From the NCBI RefSeq assembly GCF_036321535.1, contig NC_087472.1, positions 101,186,001 through 101,250,000 on the forward strand: a DNA stretch of 64,000 nucleotides. Direction: 5' to 3'. The number at the start of each line of letters is the position of its first letter. Positions within the stretch are counted from its first letter, which is position 1. Below, in pieces: positions 12,301 to 25,290 of the stretch. Both the position numbers and the translations under genes were made by a program. The DNA comes from Camelus dromedarius (lineage: Eukaryota). The notes beneath the pieces are model-generated. The model worked only from the letters and a program-made list of their open reading frames with translations, did not search any database and had not been told where the DNA came from.

Positions 12301-13089
12301 TTCCTTTGCTTGGAATAGAGTGAAAACATGAAAAATGTTTATCTTTTGGAATAACATTTACTACATATTGGAGGGTTGTTGCTTTGTACCTAATGATATA
12401 TAGTGTATATGTTGCTTTACTTCCTGCTCACAGGGAATGTAGGGGCAAGGTAGTGAAATCTTCCCAAACTTTCTCTGGCATTTCTATCCACAGAACTTGG
12501 CTGATCCTCCCTCTTCTTCCCCTTTCTCTTTCCTCATGATTTTTCTCCAGTAGCATTTGAAAAAGAGCCTTAAATAGTGTTGACAGGAGTTGCAAGAGGT
12601 AACATGAAGGAAAGTTCAGTATATCAAGTCATGACACCTTAGCTACCCAATTCTGTAAAGATAATAGTTTTTAAAGGGAACCTCTTTTTTTTCCTCCCTT
12701 TCTCCATTTGTGTGACAGCATTGTCCTGTGACATGTGCACCTTCAGCTGACTTTTGAAAGCTTGCTATTTTGGAGATCATAATTTTGACTGATGGTCCTA
12801 TAATTAGTAAGTGCTCATTGAGTACCCTGTCCTGAGTATTTCTGTGGGATGGTAGAGAATGTTCTTAACAGCTGCCAGGGTGATAACAGTCCTGCAAATT
12901 GGCGTGACTTCAAAGAAGCCAAAGGACTTTATTAAGATTAAAAGCAAATGAACAAAGAAGCATAGCAGTAGCTATAGCAGCAGCTAAGGCAAAAGAGAAA
13001 ATAGTGTGAAGGTCTCCTAGTCACCAGATCTAAGGACTTCCTTACACTTGTTTTCTCCATAGTGTTTAAAGCTTGATAGCCTCTCAGTG

Positions 13090-13400
13090 TTCTTCCCATC
13101 CATCTGAAGTCATCCCTGTCTCTACTGGCTCTTTGTCCTCCTGCCTCCTAGATAAAGGTGCTTTCCGAATGTTGATCTGGAGTTCTTTTCTCTCTTCCGT
13201 GATCCTCCCCATCACAGAGCATTCTATTCCATTGGCTTCACATATAAACTTCATGTTGATGCCTCCCAAATCCACGTCCCTGGCTTCTACCCAAACTCCA
13301 GTTCCACATTTTTAATTGCCTGCTGAATGTTTTCCCCTAGAGATCCTTCTGAAGCCTTGACTCAGTGCACCTAAAGTCATACTCTTTCCTTAAAACCAAC
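13090..13400 (+). mobile_element. L2 ORF2 fragment
   Basis: CCATTGGCTTCACATATAAACTTCATGTTGATGCCTCCCAAATC..AATTGCCTGCTGAATGTTTTCCCCTAGA resembles the L2 RT region. Confidence 0.6.
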
Positions 13401-13409
13401 CTCCACACT

Positions 13410-14870
13410 CTATGAACCAGCAATTCCACTCCTATATAGGTAGCCAAAAGAAATGTGTGCACAATGCGCCAAAAGACATGTGTAAGAGTGTTAAGAAAAC
13501 ATAATACATCATGACTAAATGGAGCTTGACCCAGGAATGTAAAGCTGGGTTAAAATTAGAAAATCAAACAGTTTAATTCATCCCATTAATAGAATAAAGG
13601 GGAGAGGATCACATGATCATTTCAATAGCTGTAGAAATTCATTTGGTAATATTAAACATCTTTTCATGGTAAAAACTCTTGAAAAGTTGGAGAAGAAGAG
13701 AACATCCTTAATCTCTAAAAGACCTATTACAAACAGACTAAGTGATAAAATGTTGAAAACTTTTCCTTGGTGGTCAAGAACAAGACAAGGATGCCTGGAT
13801 AACCACTGCATTTCAACATTGTTCACAGTGTTTTGGCCAGTGCACAAAACAAGAAAAGCATAAGAATTGGAAGGAAAGAAACAGAAGACTGTCATTATTT
13901 GCACATGATATGATTATGTTCATAGAAAATCCAAATGATTTGGCAGATAAACTATTGGGATTAATAAGAAAATTTAACATAGTCTGTATATAAAAGCTCA
14001 GTACCCCAAAATCCAACATATTTCTCCATACCAACGAAAAGCAGAAAATGAAATGAATATAAAATACCAAGAAATAAATCTAATAAAGGATGTGCAAGAA
14101 TTCAACAGAAAAAAATGATAAAACCTTATTCTCAGACATTAAAGGAATATAAGAAAGGGAAGATATGCAACAATAAATATGAGCAAAAAAGATGCCAGTT
14201 CTCCCCAAATTCATTTCTAAATTTAATGCAATTCCAATTAATTTTTTTTGTTAGAACTTGACAAACTTACTTTAAAATTCCTATGGAAATACAAAGGCCA
14301 CCAATAGCAAATACCCTTTTGAAGCAGAATAAGGAAGAAGACATGATCCACTGAGTAAGAAGACTGTTGTAAAGCTATAGTAATCAAGACAGTGTATTAT
14401 CTTTTCAGGGATAGAAAAATAAACCAATGGAATAGAATGAATAACCCAGAAACATATCTACACATAAGATCAATATTCAACATATGTTGCACTATAGAAT
14501 AGAAGAGAAATGTCAGTCCTTAGAATAAATAATATTGAGACAACAGATAACTATGATTAAATTAAACCTCTATCTCACACTATATCCCCAAATCAATTCC
14601 AGGTGCATTAAAAACCTAAACATGAAAGGAAAAATTAAAAAGTTCCTAAAAGGTAATATAAAATATCTTCATGAGCTTGGAGAGTAGAGAAGACTTGCTT
14701 AAACAAGATACCTAACCATAAGGAAAGGAGAAATATTGGTAAGTTAGATACTAACTTTAAGAACTTTTGCTTATTAAAGAACATTATAAGTGAAAAGATA
14801 AACCAGAGAGTGAAGGGAGGTATTTGTAACACACGAAACTGACAAAACTAGTGTTTTGGCATATTAAGAG
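13410..14870 (+). mobile_element. Old L1 ORF2 (RT region) remnant
   Basis: Decayed ORF2: ATGATCATTTCAATAG..AGAACAAGACAAGGATGCC..TTTGCACATGATATGATT..AAAGCTATAGTAATCAAGACAGTG; many stops and frameshifts. Confidence 0.85.
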
Positions 14871-15024
14871 CTCTCATATAGGCATGGCCTGGGGAAGAGG
14901 ATGGACATGGTGCTGACAAATTTGGAGAAAGCCCGAGACCAAGGAACTTTTGCCTCATTCACTGCTTGAAAGTTTCAGAGGAGTCTGCTGGACAGAGGCA
15001 TTGTCAGGCACAGTGAGTGCCTTA

Positions 15025-15465
15025 GGTCATGTTTATTAGAAAGCAGAGCTTGAGACAGGGATTCTAGTGCATTCTGTTTATTGGAGGAATGTTCTCAGGA
15101 GAAAGGGAGTGAGGGAAGTGGGATAGGGGAGGGGAAGTTGGCTAAGCAAGTATGTGTTTTTAACTTCAGCCTGATCCCATATGGAGTTCTGTAGCATACA
15201 TTGCACCACAGAGCTGTTTCCCCTTGAGGCAAGGAAGCCAGAATTCCATACCCCTGTGGCATTTAGTCATTGGCTGTGGGCTATACCCCAAAGGTGGGGG
15301 TGGGCATAGCTTCCTGAATAAAAGTAGCTTCCTGCTCAGCTAGGGGAAATTCTCCAAAGAAGGGGACATTTGTAAGCTGTTAGCAACCATTACATCACAT
15401 CTGGAGGGATGGGTAAATTGGTTTGTAAAGGGGATCACTGTGGAGCACCAATAGTGTTCTCTACA
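15025..15465. mobile_element. MaLR LTR (old MLT1-type)
   Basis: GAAAGCAGAGCTTGAGACAGGGATTCTAGTGCA..CAGCCTGATCCCATATGGAGTTCTG..GAGGCAAGGAAGCCAG. Confidence 0.65.
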
Positions 15466-16239
15466 GTGAGGACTTGGCCTGAGTCAATCTCAGTTCCCAC
15501 GTGGTGTGAGCCCTATGTTGGACCCCAGAAGCCTGCATGAGGCTGGCCATCATAGGGCACAGTGATCTGGAGCAGAGGATATAGGATGAGCTCAGTTCCC
15601 AGGGGTTAAGGAGGAGGTTGTGACAGAGACTCAGAGGGATCTCTAGAGATGAGATTGAAACAGCCACAGGGAGAGGGCCAGTATTCTCCTAGAAAATTGA
15701 CTGAGCCAAAAAATAAAACCAGAAACAGGTCACAAGTTCACCAGCTTCTGACAGTGACCTTAAGGCCAGCAGGGGTCACAGCACAAGAGACTATAAGGAC
15801 ATCTTCTCTCCTTATTCTGCTTCTCTCCTTGAGAAGACTGTAGGGCTTGGAGATAAGTGCCATTGGGGTTTATGAAGAATAATATATTAGGTTTTTAAGA
15901 AATAAAGAAACTACATTTAAACTGCACATCTGAATTGTAGTGTAAATGAAATTTCAGCACCCACTTTAAAACACCCTAAGTCCACTAGATTGTAGATTGT
16001 TATATTCAAACATATAAATGGAGTAAACAAAAGTTTGACCTTTGACAACGATATTGTAAACCCTTTGAAAACAAGGTGCTGAAACCCACACAGTAAAGTG
16101 TTAGGTAATTCTATTTTATCTTATAGTGTTTCCTCTCATGGGATTTGAAACTCATCCTCTTTTGTTTCAACCCACATGTGTTACCAGGAGCCACTGATAA
16201 AAGTTAAAAGACACCATGGAGGGAAAAAAGATTCAGCTA

Positions 16240-16990
16240 TAAATTGTATTGGAATATTTGTTACTCATTTAGAGAGAAGTCAGTTTAGACCCATACCTCA
16301 TACGACAATGCCAGATGAATAAAATATATATAAGAAATTAATTCATAAGGAAAAACGTTGGACTTTGTGAGGTCTCTGGATTTCTCTAAGTTTTGTAAGC
16401 TTTAAAGTGATAAAATATCACAGTTACAGCCGACACACCTGACTACATAAAAATTTAAAACTTTATATATAAGAAACTAAAAAACACAGGGGAAATATTT
16501 TTTTTAACAAATATGGGAAACAGAGGTTTAATATCTTAGGCAAATACAAAGAAAACATTAATATCCCAATAATAAAGAAGAAAAAGACTGGTGATTTCAA
16601 ATGAGGATCTATGCTAAGTAAACAGATATATGGAAAAGTGTTAAATCTTTTATTTCAACCTTAAACAAATACTTATTGAGCATCTTCCATGGGCCAGACA
16701 CAGTTCTAGGTACTAGTCAACAAAGAATACAAATCAAATTACCAATTTGATACTAGCAGAACTGATACTTTCTTACACTGCTGATGGAAGTAAAATTACA
16801 TAATCCTTATTGAACTTGGCCATACCTATCAAGTGATAGCATTGTTTTAAGTCAGAAATTCTACTTTGGGGAACATATCTCCAAAGGAAAAAATAATCTC
16901 AAGAAGGGAAGAAAACATATGCCTGAAGATACTCATCACATTATATATTATAAAGAGAGAGAAAATATATAGGAAACACCTAAAGTATTT
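16240..16990 (+). mobile_element. Highly decayed L1 (L1ME-type) with an L2-like insert at ~16650-16720
   Basis: GACTACATAAAAATTTAAAACTTT, ATATGGAAAAGTGTT, CACTGCTGATGGAAGTAAAATT; AACAAATACTTATTGAGCATCTTCCATGGGCCAGACAC is L2-like. Confidence 0.5.
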
Positions 16991-18109
16991 AGAATTTTTA
17001 TTCAAGGTTTCCCAAATGAATTTTTCTGTAGAATATTTTTTTCCCCATAGAATGTCTGTTAACTTGCTTGACAACATGTCTTCTGGAAGAAAGGGACCCA
17101 CCATTTTGGTGATCTTCCTGTTAGGGTTAATGATGTGGTTCATTTGCCAGTAAGGTTTCAGTTGGGTGAAAAGTTTGGAGCCCACCTAAGCACAAGCCAC
17201 TAACCTAGAAGAGAGGGAGAGTTTCTGGGACATAAACAAAGGAATGAGGTCCCTTGATTGTGTACTTTTTTAGATTTTCTGAAGTGTGAGCATCTCATGC
17301 ATGTGGCCTTCAGTAAGGCTAGATAAGACAATTTCAACCTACCTACTGGACACAGGCCCTGAACTTCTCAGAAAGAATGAGAATGAATCTCTTATTCTGT
17401 AGGCACTAATACATTCATGGAAAGGACAAGACTCCTATATCAACTAGAGAGTTCCGAAGAAAAGGCAAACTAACTGATTGTGTCCTAGAATAAACAATCT
17501 CAGAGCAATGGCACTCACTGGGAGCTCTCCAGGGTTCTGAACAATTGCCTGCCTCTCTCTCCAGCCCAAGAGAACATTCCTTTCACTACTGTCTCTCACC
17601 TAAAGGATACACTAACTCTGCTTGCCTTGACATTTGCCCTCTGGCCTTTGACTCCTTCACATAATCTGTCTGTGACCATACCTAATGGGGCTTCAGTCAC
17701 TGTCTGTTCTTTACATGTACTGACAGCTTCATTTATCAGGTTTATTCTAAAGGAAGTCTGTTTGAAGTTATGTCAGTAGGAGAGAATATATGCTTTATTA
17801 ACTCTTGGTTGTACTATTAGGAAAGAAGGGGACACAGGAGAGATAATTTTCAGATATGGGTCCTCTTAGATCAGTAAAGCCTAAGCATCTGTCACTGTAT
17901 TTGGTTATTGCTGGAGTGCTTGAGAAAGTAACTACTAAAAACACATAGAGGAAACAAAAAGAGGAGACCATCAGAGAGTAGAGAGATATAAAGAGCTTCC
18001 ATGTGACTTATCTGTCATGCTTTTCAATCCTTCAATTACTGGATTAACAGCAGGGTATGGCAGGGTGACTTACATATGGTTGGTGCTGGTAAACAGATGA
18101 ATATTAAAC

Positions 18110-18720
18110 TGAGCACTAGAAGAACAGAATTCTCGTCCTGGCTCTCTCTCTTTTTTAAACTAACTAGTTGTATAACATTGGGTGAGTCATTTAACTTTTC
18201 TATATTAATGCAGGATAACTGCTGTAACAAACCACCCCCAAATTCCAATCACTTAAAATAGCATAAGCATATTTCTCACTCACACAACAATCCAATACAT
18301 ATTCCTGGTTGACTGGCTTTCCTGGACAACTCTCCTGAGTCTCCAAGTGGTGACTCAGATTTTTTCCATATTGTAGCTTTGCTGTCCTTTAAGTCCTTGG
18401 AATAATCTTCATTCAATTAGTTAAGGAGGAAAGAGAATAAGGAGCTTATACATTGGAGGGTTTTATGGGTCAGGCCATGAATTGGTACACATCACTTCTA
18501 CCCACAATCTATTGGATAGGAACCATCACGTGTTCACACTTAACTTCAAGAGATCTTGGGAAAAGGGACACCATTTGATAAATAAGTGGCCAGTCTCCAC
18601 CCTATTCTCTGGGTTCTGGTTTCTTCAGTTGTAAAATGATGCAAATTATATCTGCCCTTTCTTCTTCATTGAGTTACTGTGAAGATTAAAGGAAATTATC
18701 TGTATGAAAATGACTTGAAA
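18110..18720 (+). mobile_element. MIR interrupted by an old MaLR (MLT1) LTR at ~18200-18600
   Basis: MIR core ACTAGTTGTATAACATTGGGTGAGTCATTTAAC resumes at ~18605 (TCTCTGGGTTCTGGTTTCTTCAGTTGTAAAATG); intervening GCTGTAACAAACCACCCCCAAATT..CACATCACTTCTACCCACA is MLT1-like. Confidence 0.6.
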
Positions 18721-20509
18721 ACTAAATCAGCATATGCAGGAGAAGAATCAGTATTGCTTGGCTTACCTATCTCTGAATGTTAATTTTAGGAGTGAAAGAA
18801 AGGTGTTCTTTCTTTGGTAGAACTCTTTATAGATAATCCCAGTATATACCAAGTATAAGTATATTTAATGGGATAATACAAGATGTTTTTAAAGTAGGAT
18901 GAAAATAAAGATTGTAAATGGACCTTTGACATTTCATAATTTGAATGCCTTGATGGAAGTGTACTAGGATGAAATTAAGGGAAAGTACCATTTTGCATTC
19001 AAGCCTAATTTCTTGCCAGACTCCTTAAGATGCTTGTAACCTCCCAGACAATAAAACTATCATAGGCTTGATAATACATAGTAAGTTCTATCATCTATGA
19101 CATTTTTCCCTGGACTGGTTATTAGAAATGGGATATCTATTATGATTGTTGTACATGACATCCAATTATTCACATGTAAACATGCACATACACACACAGC
19201 TCAGCTCCTTTTTCCTTTTTCTGAGGCCCTTCATCCTCAGCAGCCAGAAACTCCTGTTCCCTCTAACTCACCAAACAAGCAGACCAAAAAAAAAGAAAGA
19301 AAGAAAGAAAAAGAAAAAACCTCCTCCAACTTCTTCTCTTCTCCTTCTCAGGTTTGCCATGAAGCAGAGGATATGATAGAATTACATTATGCTTACACAT
19401 CCAGCAACATGCCATTGATTTCTGAACACTGATCACTCTTTAGTTTCAGTATGCTTTGACCTGAAGCTAGTACCAGCCATCTGGGAAGGGCTGTTGTTTA
19501 AGCAAACATCACTCAGCCAGTTGTGATCCAACTGAGGCATTGGATCATGCTGAACTGCAAGATTTCTTATAGGGATGAAAAGAAATAATAAGAAATCACA
19601 ATAGCAAGGGACATACTTTGAGACACATCTTAGTTTTCTGAAAGGAGAAAAAGAAAGATATTTGTTTGAAACTCCAGGGCCTTAGGAGGGTTCAGCAGAG
19701 CACAGTAAGCCTTAGGAATAATGTCCAATTTGTCTTAGATCAGACCAAACTCACAGCTTAAATATTCAAAGCAAAGATAGCTCTGTTCTCAGTATGTTTA
19801 AAATAACTGAATATGAACATGACCTAAAGGAAATTAGACTGCACATAATCATGCATTCTGCTGGAGTGTAGTATTGACTCGAAAATATAGAGCCTTGGTT
19901 TTTGTGGAAGGAAATAGAAGTTGGGATGCAAAATGAAACAAAAAAAGAGATGCCCTTGGAAATATCAATTGCTATAAAATGAAAGCAGTGTCTAATCAAA
20001 TAAGGGCCTTCTACTGATAGACTATCCCTCACATCTGGGTATCTTGGCTATTTATCTCTTATCAGGAAAAAAAGTGGGTCAGTGAATTATACCAAAGCAG
20101 ATCTCTTTCAGCTGGACAAACTTTGAGAGAATTAAAAACAGTCTCTTTTCTAGTATCTCTCAGTGGGTATTTTTTTTAATTAAAAACTATCTCCTTCTAT
20201 AAGCCATTTTCCAGCTACCTATCTGCTTGGATTTCATTCTAGTCTGTGTTCTCCTCATACTATGTGCCTCATGAAACCATGCAAATTGGTGCCAAGACCA
20301 AGCATACTAAAACTGCTGGAGTCCTGAGGCAGATTGGACCCATCATTTATTCAGTGATTGCTTGTATTAGTGAAGAGGAGATGATTTTGCTTCCAATAGA
20401 ATTTGAGTATTGATACAGTATGCTTGGGACAAAAGTTTCCCCCTTTTCAGGACAGCATACACACATCTTCCCAGATACTGTGAAGAAGGAGACATGAGGA
20501 AATATATAG

Positions 20510-20756
20510 GCAATATGAGAGAGTGGAGGAAGAACTGGGATTCAGGGGTTCAGGAAATCTGGAATCTTATACTGCCTCTCACCGAATCTAGGATCTTGTT
20601 AAGTGCTGTATCCCTCTAAGCCTCAATTTTTCCATTTGCAAAATAATAGTAATAATAGTAATAAACAATTGAGAGGCAGTACACTCACTTCAGAGAGATT
20701 GCCAGAGTTCAAATTCTGACTCTGCTGTTGTTACCTGTAACTCTTCTGTGCCTCAG
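20510..20756 (+). mobile_element. MIR fragments; the second is split by L1 and resumes at 24603
   Basis: GAACTGGGATTCAGG..AAGCCTCAATTTTTCCATTTGCAAAAT and AGAGTTCAAATTCTGACTCTGC..TGTGCCTCAG. Confidence 0.65.
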
Positions 20757-21894
20757 GTTGTTTGTTTGTTTCTGATTTTACATGTACCTGAAGCTTGAAC
20801 TATATTACTGGTTGCAAAATGTTCCATTTTACTTTTTAAAAAATTAATAAACTTTATTTTATGGGAAATTTTAGTTTCACAGAAAAACTGAGTGGAAAGT
20901 ACAGAGTTTCCATATACCTCCCAGTCCCACACATGCTCACCTCCCCCACTATCAACAATCGATGTTACTGTTGATGAACCTATTTTGATACCTTATAATC
21001 ACCCAAAGACCAGTTTACATTAGGGTTCACTTTTGGTGTTATATGTTCTATGGTTTTGGACAAATGTATAATGACATGTATCCATCACTGTAGTATCATA
21101 CGAGTAGTTTCACTGCCCTAAAAAGCCTCTGTGCTCTGTCTGTTCATCCCTCTCTCCCCACCAGCCCCTGGCAACCATTGATCTTTTTATTGTCTCCATA
21201 GTTTTGCCTTCTCCAGAGTGAGATATAGGTGGAATCATACAGTATGTAGTCTATTCAGATTGGCTTCTTTCACTTAGTAATATGCATTAAGTTTCCCCTA
21301 GGTGTTTTCATGGTTTGATAGAATATTTTTTCTTTAGTACTGAATAGTATCCCATTGTCTGGACATACTACAGTTTCTTTATCCATTCACCTTCTAAAGG
21401 ACATTTTGGCTGTTTCCAAGTTTTGGGAATTATGAATAAAGCTGGTGTAAACACCGGTGCACAGGTTTTTGTGTGGACATAAATTTTCAATTCATTTGGT
21501 TAAATAGGGAGGAGCATGATTAGTGGATTTTATGGTAAGAGTATTTTTAGTTTAGTTTTTTTGTTTAAACAGATTCATTAAGTGTGAGATTTGACAGATT
21601 GTGTTCTTCAAGGAGTTGGTCCATTTCATCTTGGTTGCCACATTTGTGGGTGTAAAGTTGTCCTTAATATTCCTTTATCTTCTTTTTAATGTCCATGAGA
21701 TCTTTAGCGATGTCCTTTCTTTCATTTCTGATACTAATAACTTGTGTCTACTCTTTTTTCCTTAGCCTGGCTAGAAGCTTATCGATTTTATTGATCTTAC
21801 AGCTTTCGGTTTTGCTGATTTTCTATATTGACTTCTTTTCAATTTCTTTGATTTCTACTTGAATTTTTATTATTTCTTTTCTTCTGCTTACTTT

Positions 21895-22688
21895 TTAATT
21901 TTATTTTTAAATTAATTAATTATTTTATTGAAGTATAGTTAGTTCCAGAGTGTCAGTTTTTGGTGTACAGCATAATGTTTCAGTCATACATATACATACA
22001 TATATTTGTTTTCATAATAGGTTACTACAAGATATTGAGTATAGTTCCCTGTGCCATACAGAAGAAATTTGTTTATTATTTATTTTATATATAGTAGTTA
22101 GTATTTGCACATCTCAGACTCCCAATTTATCCCTTTCCACTCCTTTTCCCCCTTGGTAACCATATGATTGGTTTTTGTTGTTGTTGTTGTTTTAGATTCC
22201 ACGTAAGAGTGATATCATATGATTTTTCTTTCTCACTTCACTTAAAATGACATTCTTCAGATCCATCCATGTTGATGTAAATGGCATTATTTTATTATTT
22301 TTTATATCTGAGTAGTATTCCATTGTATAAATATACCACAGCTTCTTTATCCAGTCATCTGTCGATGGACATTTAGGTTGTTTCCATGTCTTGGCTGTTG
22401 TAAATAGTGCTGCTATGAACATGGGGGTGCGCATATCTTTTTGAATTAGAGTTTCCTCTGGATATATACCCTGGAGTGGGATTGCTGGATCATATGGTAA
22501 ATCTATTTTTAGTTTTTTGAGGAATCTCCATACTGTTTTCCATAAAGGCTGCACCAGACTACATTCCCACCAGCAATGTAGGAGGGTTCCCTTTTCTCCA
22601 CACCCTCTCCAGCATTTATTGTTTGTGGACTTTTGAATGATGGCCATTCTGACTGATGGAGGTAATACCTCATTGTAGTTACGATTTA
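21895..22688 (-). mobile_element. Young 5'-truncated L1 (lineage-specific 3' UTR)
   Basis: ORF2 C-terminus ([33 protein letters not shown]) in ORF 22192-22788; exact 13-bp TSD TTCTGCTTACTTT at 21882-21894 and 22689-22701. Confidence 0.93.
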
Positions 22689-23418
22689 TTCTGCTTACTT
22701 TGGATTTAATTTGCTTTTCTTTTTTAGTTTTGTAAGATGGAAACTTAGGGTTACTAATTTTAGATGTCTTCTTTTTTAATATATGCATTCAATGCTGTAA
22801 ATTTCCCCCTAAGCACTGTTTTCACGGTATCCCACAGATTTTGATGAGTTGTATTTTTACTTTTATTTAGTTAAAAATATTTTAAAATTTTTCTTGTGAT
22901 TTCTTCTTTGACTCATGTGTTAGTTAGAAGTGTATTGTTAATCTCTAAGAATTTTGGTATTTTCTTGCTATCTTTCTGTTATTGATTTCTACCTTAATTC
23001 CAATGTAGTCTGAGAGCATACATTGTATGATTCCTATTCTTTTAAATTTATTAAGGTGTATTTTATGGCCCAGAATGTAGTTTGTCTTGGTGAATGTTCC
23101 ATGTGAGCTTGAGAAGAATGTATATTCTGCTATTATTGAATGAAGTTGTCTATAGATGCCAATTAAATCCAGTTGATTGATGGGGCTGTTGAGTTCAATT
23201 GTGTCCTTACTGATTTTATGCCTGCTGGATCTCTTTCTGATATAGGGTTGCTGAAGTCTCCACCTATTATAGTGGATTTATCTATTTCTTCTTATAATTC
23301 TGTCTGTTTTTGCCTCACATATTTTGATACTCTATTGTTAGGTGTATACATAGTATATCTTCCTGGAGAATTGAAGTCTTCTCTGTCTGAAATTAATATG
23401 ACTACTCTTCCTGCTATC

Positions 23419-23551
23419 TTTTTTTTTTTAAGTGAAAGTAGATTTATTCAGGGAGGTACACTATAGACAGAGTGTGGGCCTTCTCAGAGGGCAAGAAGGG
23501 TGGCCCCAGGTTATGGGGCTGTTAGTTTTTATGGGCTGGGTAATTTCATAT
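23419..23551 (-). mobile_element. Poly(A)-tailed ERV LTR fragment
   Basis: Matches the solo LTR at ~55957-56182 (AGTGAA.GTAGATTTATTCA..GTTAGTTTTTATGGGCT.GGTAA.TTCATA); T run at 23419-23429. Confidence 0.8.
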
Positions 23552-24602
23552 CTACACCTGCTTTCTTTAGATTATTAGTGTTAACATGGTGTATCTTTCT
23601 CCATTCATTGACTTTTAATCTGTATATGTTGTTGTATTTAAAGTGGATTACTTGTAGATGACATATAATGCAATCTTGTTTTTTGACCCCCTCTAACAAT
23701 CTGTCTTTTAATTGGTGTATTTATACCATTGATGTTTAAAAGTGATTATTCATATAGTTGGATGAGTATCTACCATATTTGTTATTGTTTTCTATTTGTT
23801 GCCTTTCTGTTTTTGTCTTCCACACTTTTTCTGCCTTTTGTGGTTTTAATTGAGCACTTTATATGATTCCATTTTCTCTTGTTTTTAGCATATCAGTAAT
23901 ACTTCTTTACTTTTTTAGTGATTGCTTTGGAGTTTGCAATATACATTTACAGCAAATATGAGTCCACTTTCAAATAACACTATACCACTTCATGAGTAGT
24001 ACACATACCTTATAACAACAAAATAATCTTAATTCCTCCCTCCATCCCTTGTATCATTACTGTCATTTATTTCATTTATACATAAGCATATGTATGTGTA
24101 CATATACACAAAAATGTACATAATTGAATACATCGTTGCTGTTATTATTTTGAACAAACTGTTATCTGTTAGAGCAATTAAGCATAAGAAAATAAGTTTT
24201 TTAACCTTTTATTCATTCTCTAATTCTCTTCCTTTGTTTATGTAGATCCAAGTTTCTGACCTGTACCATTTTCCTTCTCTCTGAAGAACTTCTTGTAACA
24301 TTTCTTGCAAGATAGGTTTTATGGCAACAATTTCCCTCAGTTTTTGTCTTAGAAAATCTTTATTTCTCTTCACTTTTGAGGGATAATTTCAAAGGGTACA
24401 GAGTTCTATGAGAAGTAAGATGTAATTCTTATCCTTGCTTCTGTATTGGTAAGATGTTTTTTCTGTCTGTCTTCTTTCAAGAATTTTTCTTTTTATTTGA
24501 ATTTCTGCAGTTTGAATGTGATAGGCCTAGGTGTAGATTTTTGAGCATTGATCCTGTTTGGTGTTCTCTGAGCTTCCTGAATCTGTGGTTTGGTGTCTGA
24601 CA

Positions 24603-25290
24603 TGTGCCTCAGTTAATCCATCTGTAAAGTGGGGATTATAATAGCAGCTACTTCCTGAGTTAATTGTGGGAATTAAGATGAATTCAATATGTCACAAACC
24701 CTCAGAATAATACCTGGTTTATAGTTAGTACATGTAAGTGTTAGCTAATATTTAATAGACACTTGCTAAGCAGCAAGCTAAGTCTTTTTCCTACAGGATC
24801 TTGTTTTTTCCTCACAGCAATTCTATCCTCAGGAGATACCTATTATTATCCCCATTTTAGAGATGGGGAGACTAAAGGGCTTAAGGAGATTAAGCATCTT
24901 GTCTCTGATCACATAGCTAGTTAAGTGACAGGTCTGGAACTCTACTCAGGTCTGTGTGATTGCCAAGACCATGTGTTAAATTACCAAGGAATAGCGCCTC
25001 AGAAGGGGGTTGGATTCTAGTTAATCTCTATGATCCCTTCCAGAACTAAAATTCTATTGTATGGAGTTTGAAATAATGCTAGAATAATACTGTGGTAAAG
25101 TGCACAGGCTTGGGAGTTAGAAAGCCTGTGTTTAATTCAGGCACACTCTTCTTCCTCTGCTGTGACATGAAGCTAGTTTACCTACCTTTCTTATTGAGTT
25201 GTTTTGAGGATTGAAAGAGGTACTGTATGTAAAACATTTTGTGCAGTGCTTTGTAAGTGATACTAACACATTGTAGGGACTCAAAAAAGT
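24603..25290. mobile_element. MIR cluster (+ 24603-24750, - ~24780-24985, + ~25075-25290)
   Basis: CATCTGTAAAGTGGGGATTATAATAG; TATTATCCCCATTTTAGAGATGGGGAGACT; GGCTTGGGAGTTAGA..GTTTTGAGGATTGAAAGAG. Confidence 0.75.

Larger units (their letters stand above)
20757..24602 (-). mobile_element. Old L1 (L1MC/L1MD-type) with an internal deletion and two nested insertions
   Basis: 3' UTR at ~20830-21555 joined to the ORF2 5' region, inter-ORF and ORF1 3' end; bounded by direct repeat TGTGCCTCAG at 20747-20756 and 24603-24612 within a MIR. Confidence 0.8.

Noticed and set aside
22192..22788. 198-aa ORF, the longest in the window
   Set aside because: It is a chance in-frame fusion of host old L1 sequence with the ORF2 C-terminus of a nested young L1.
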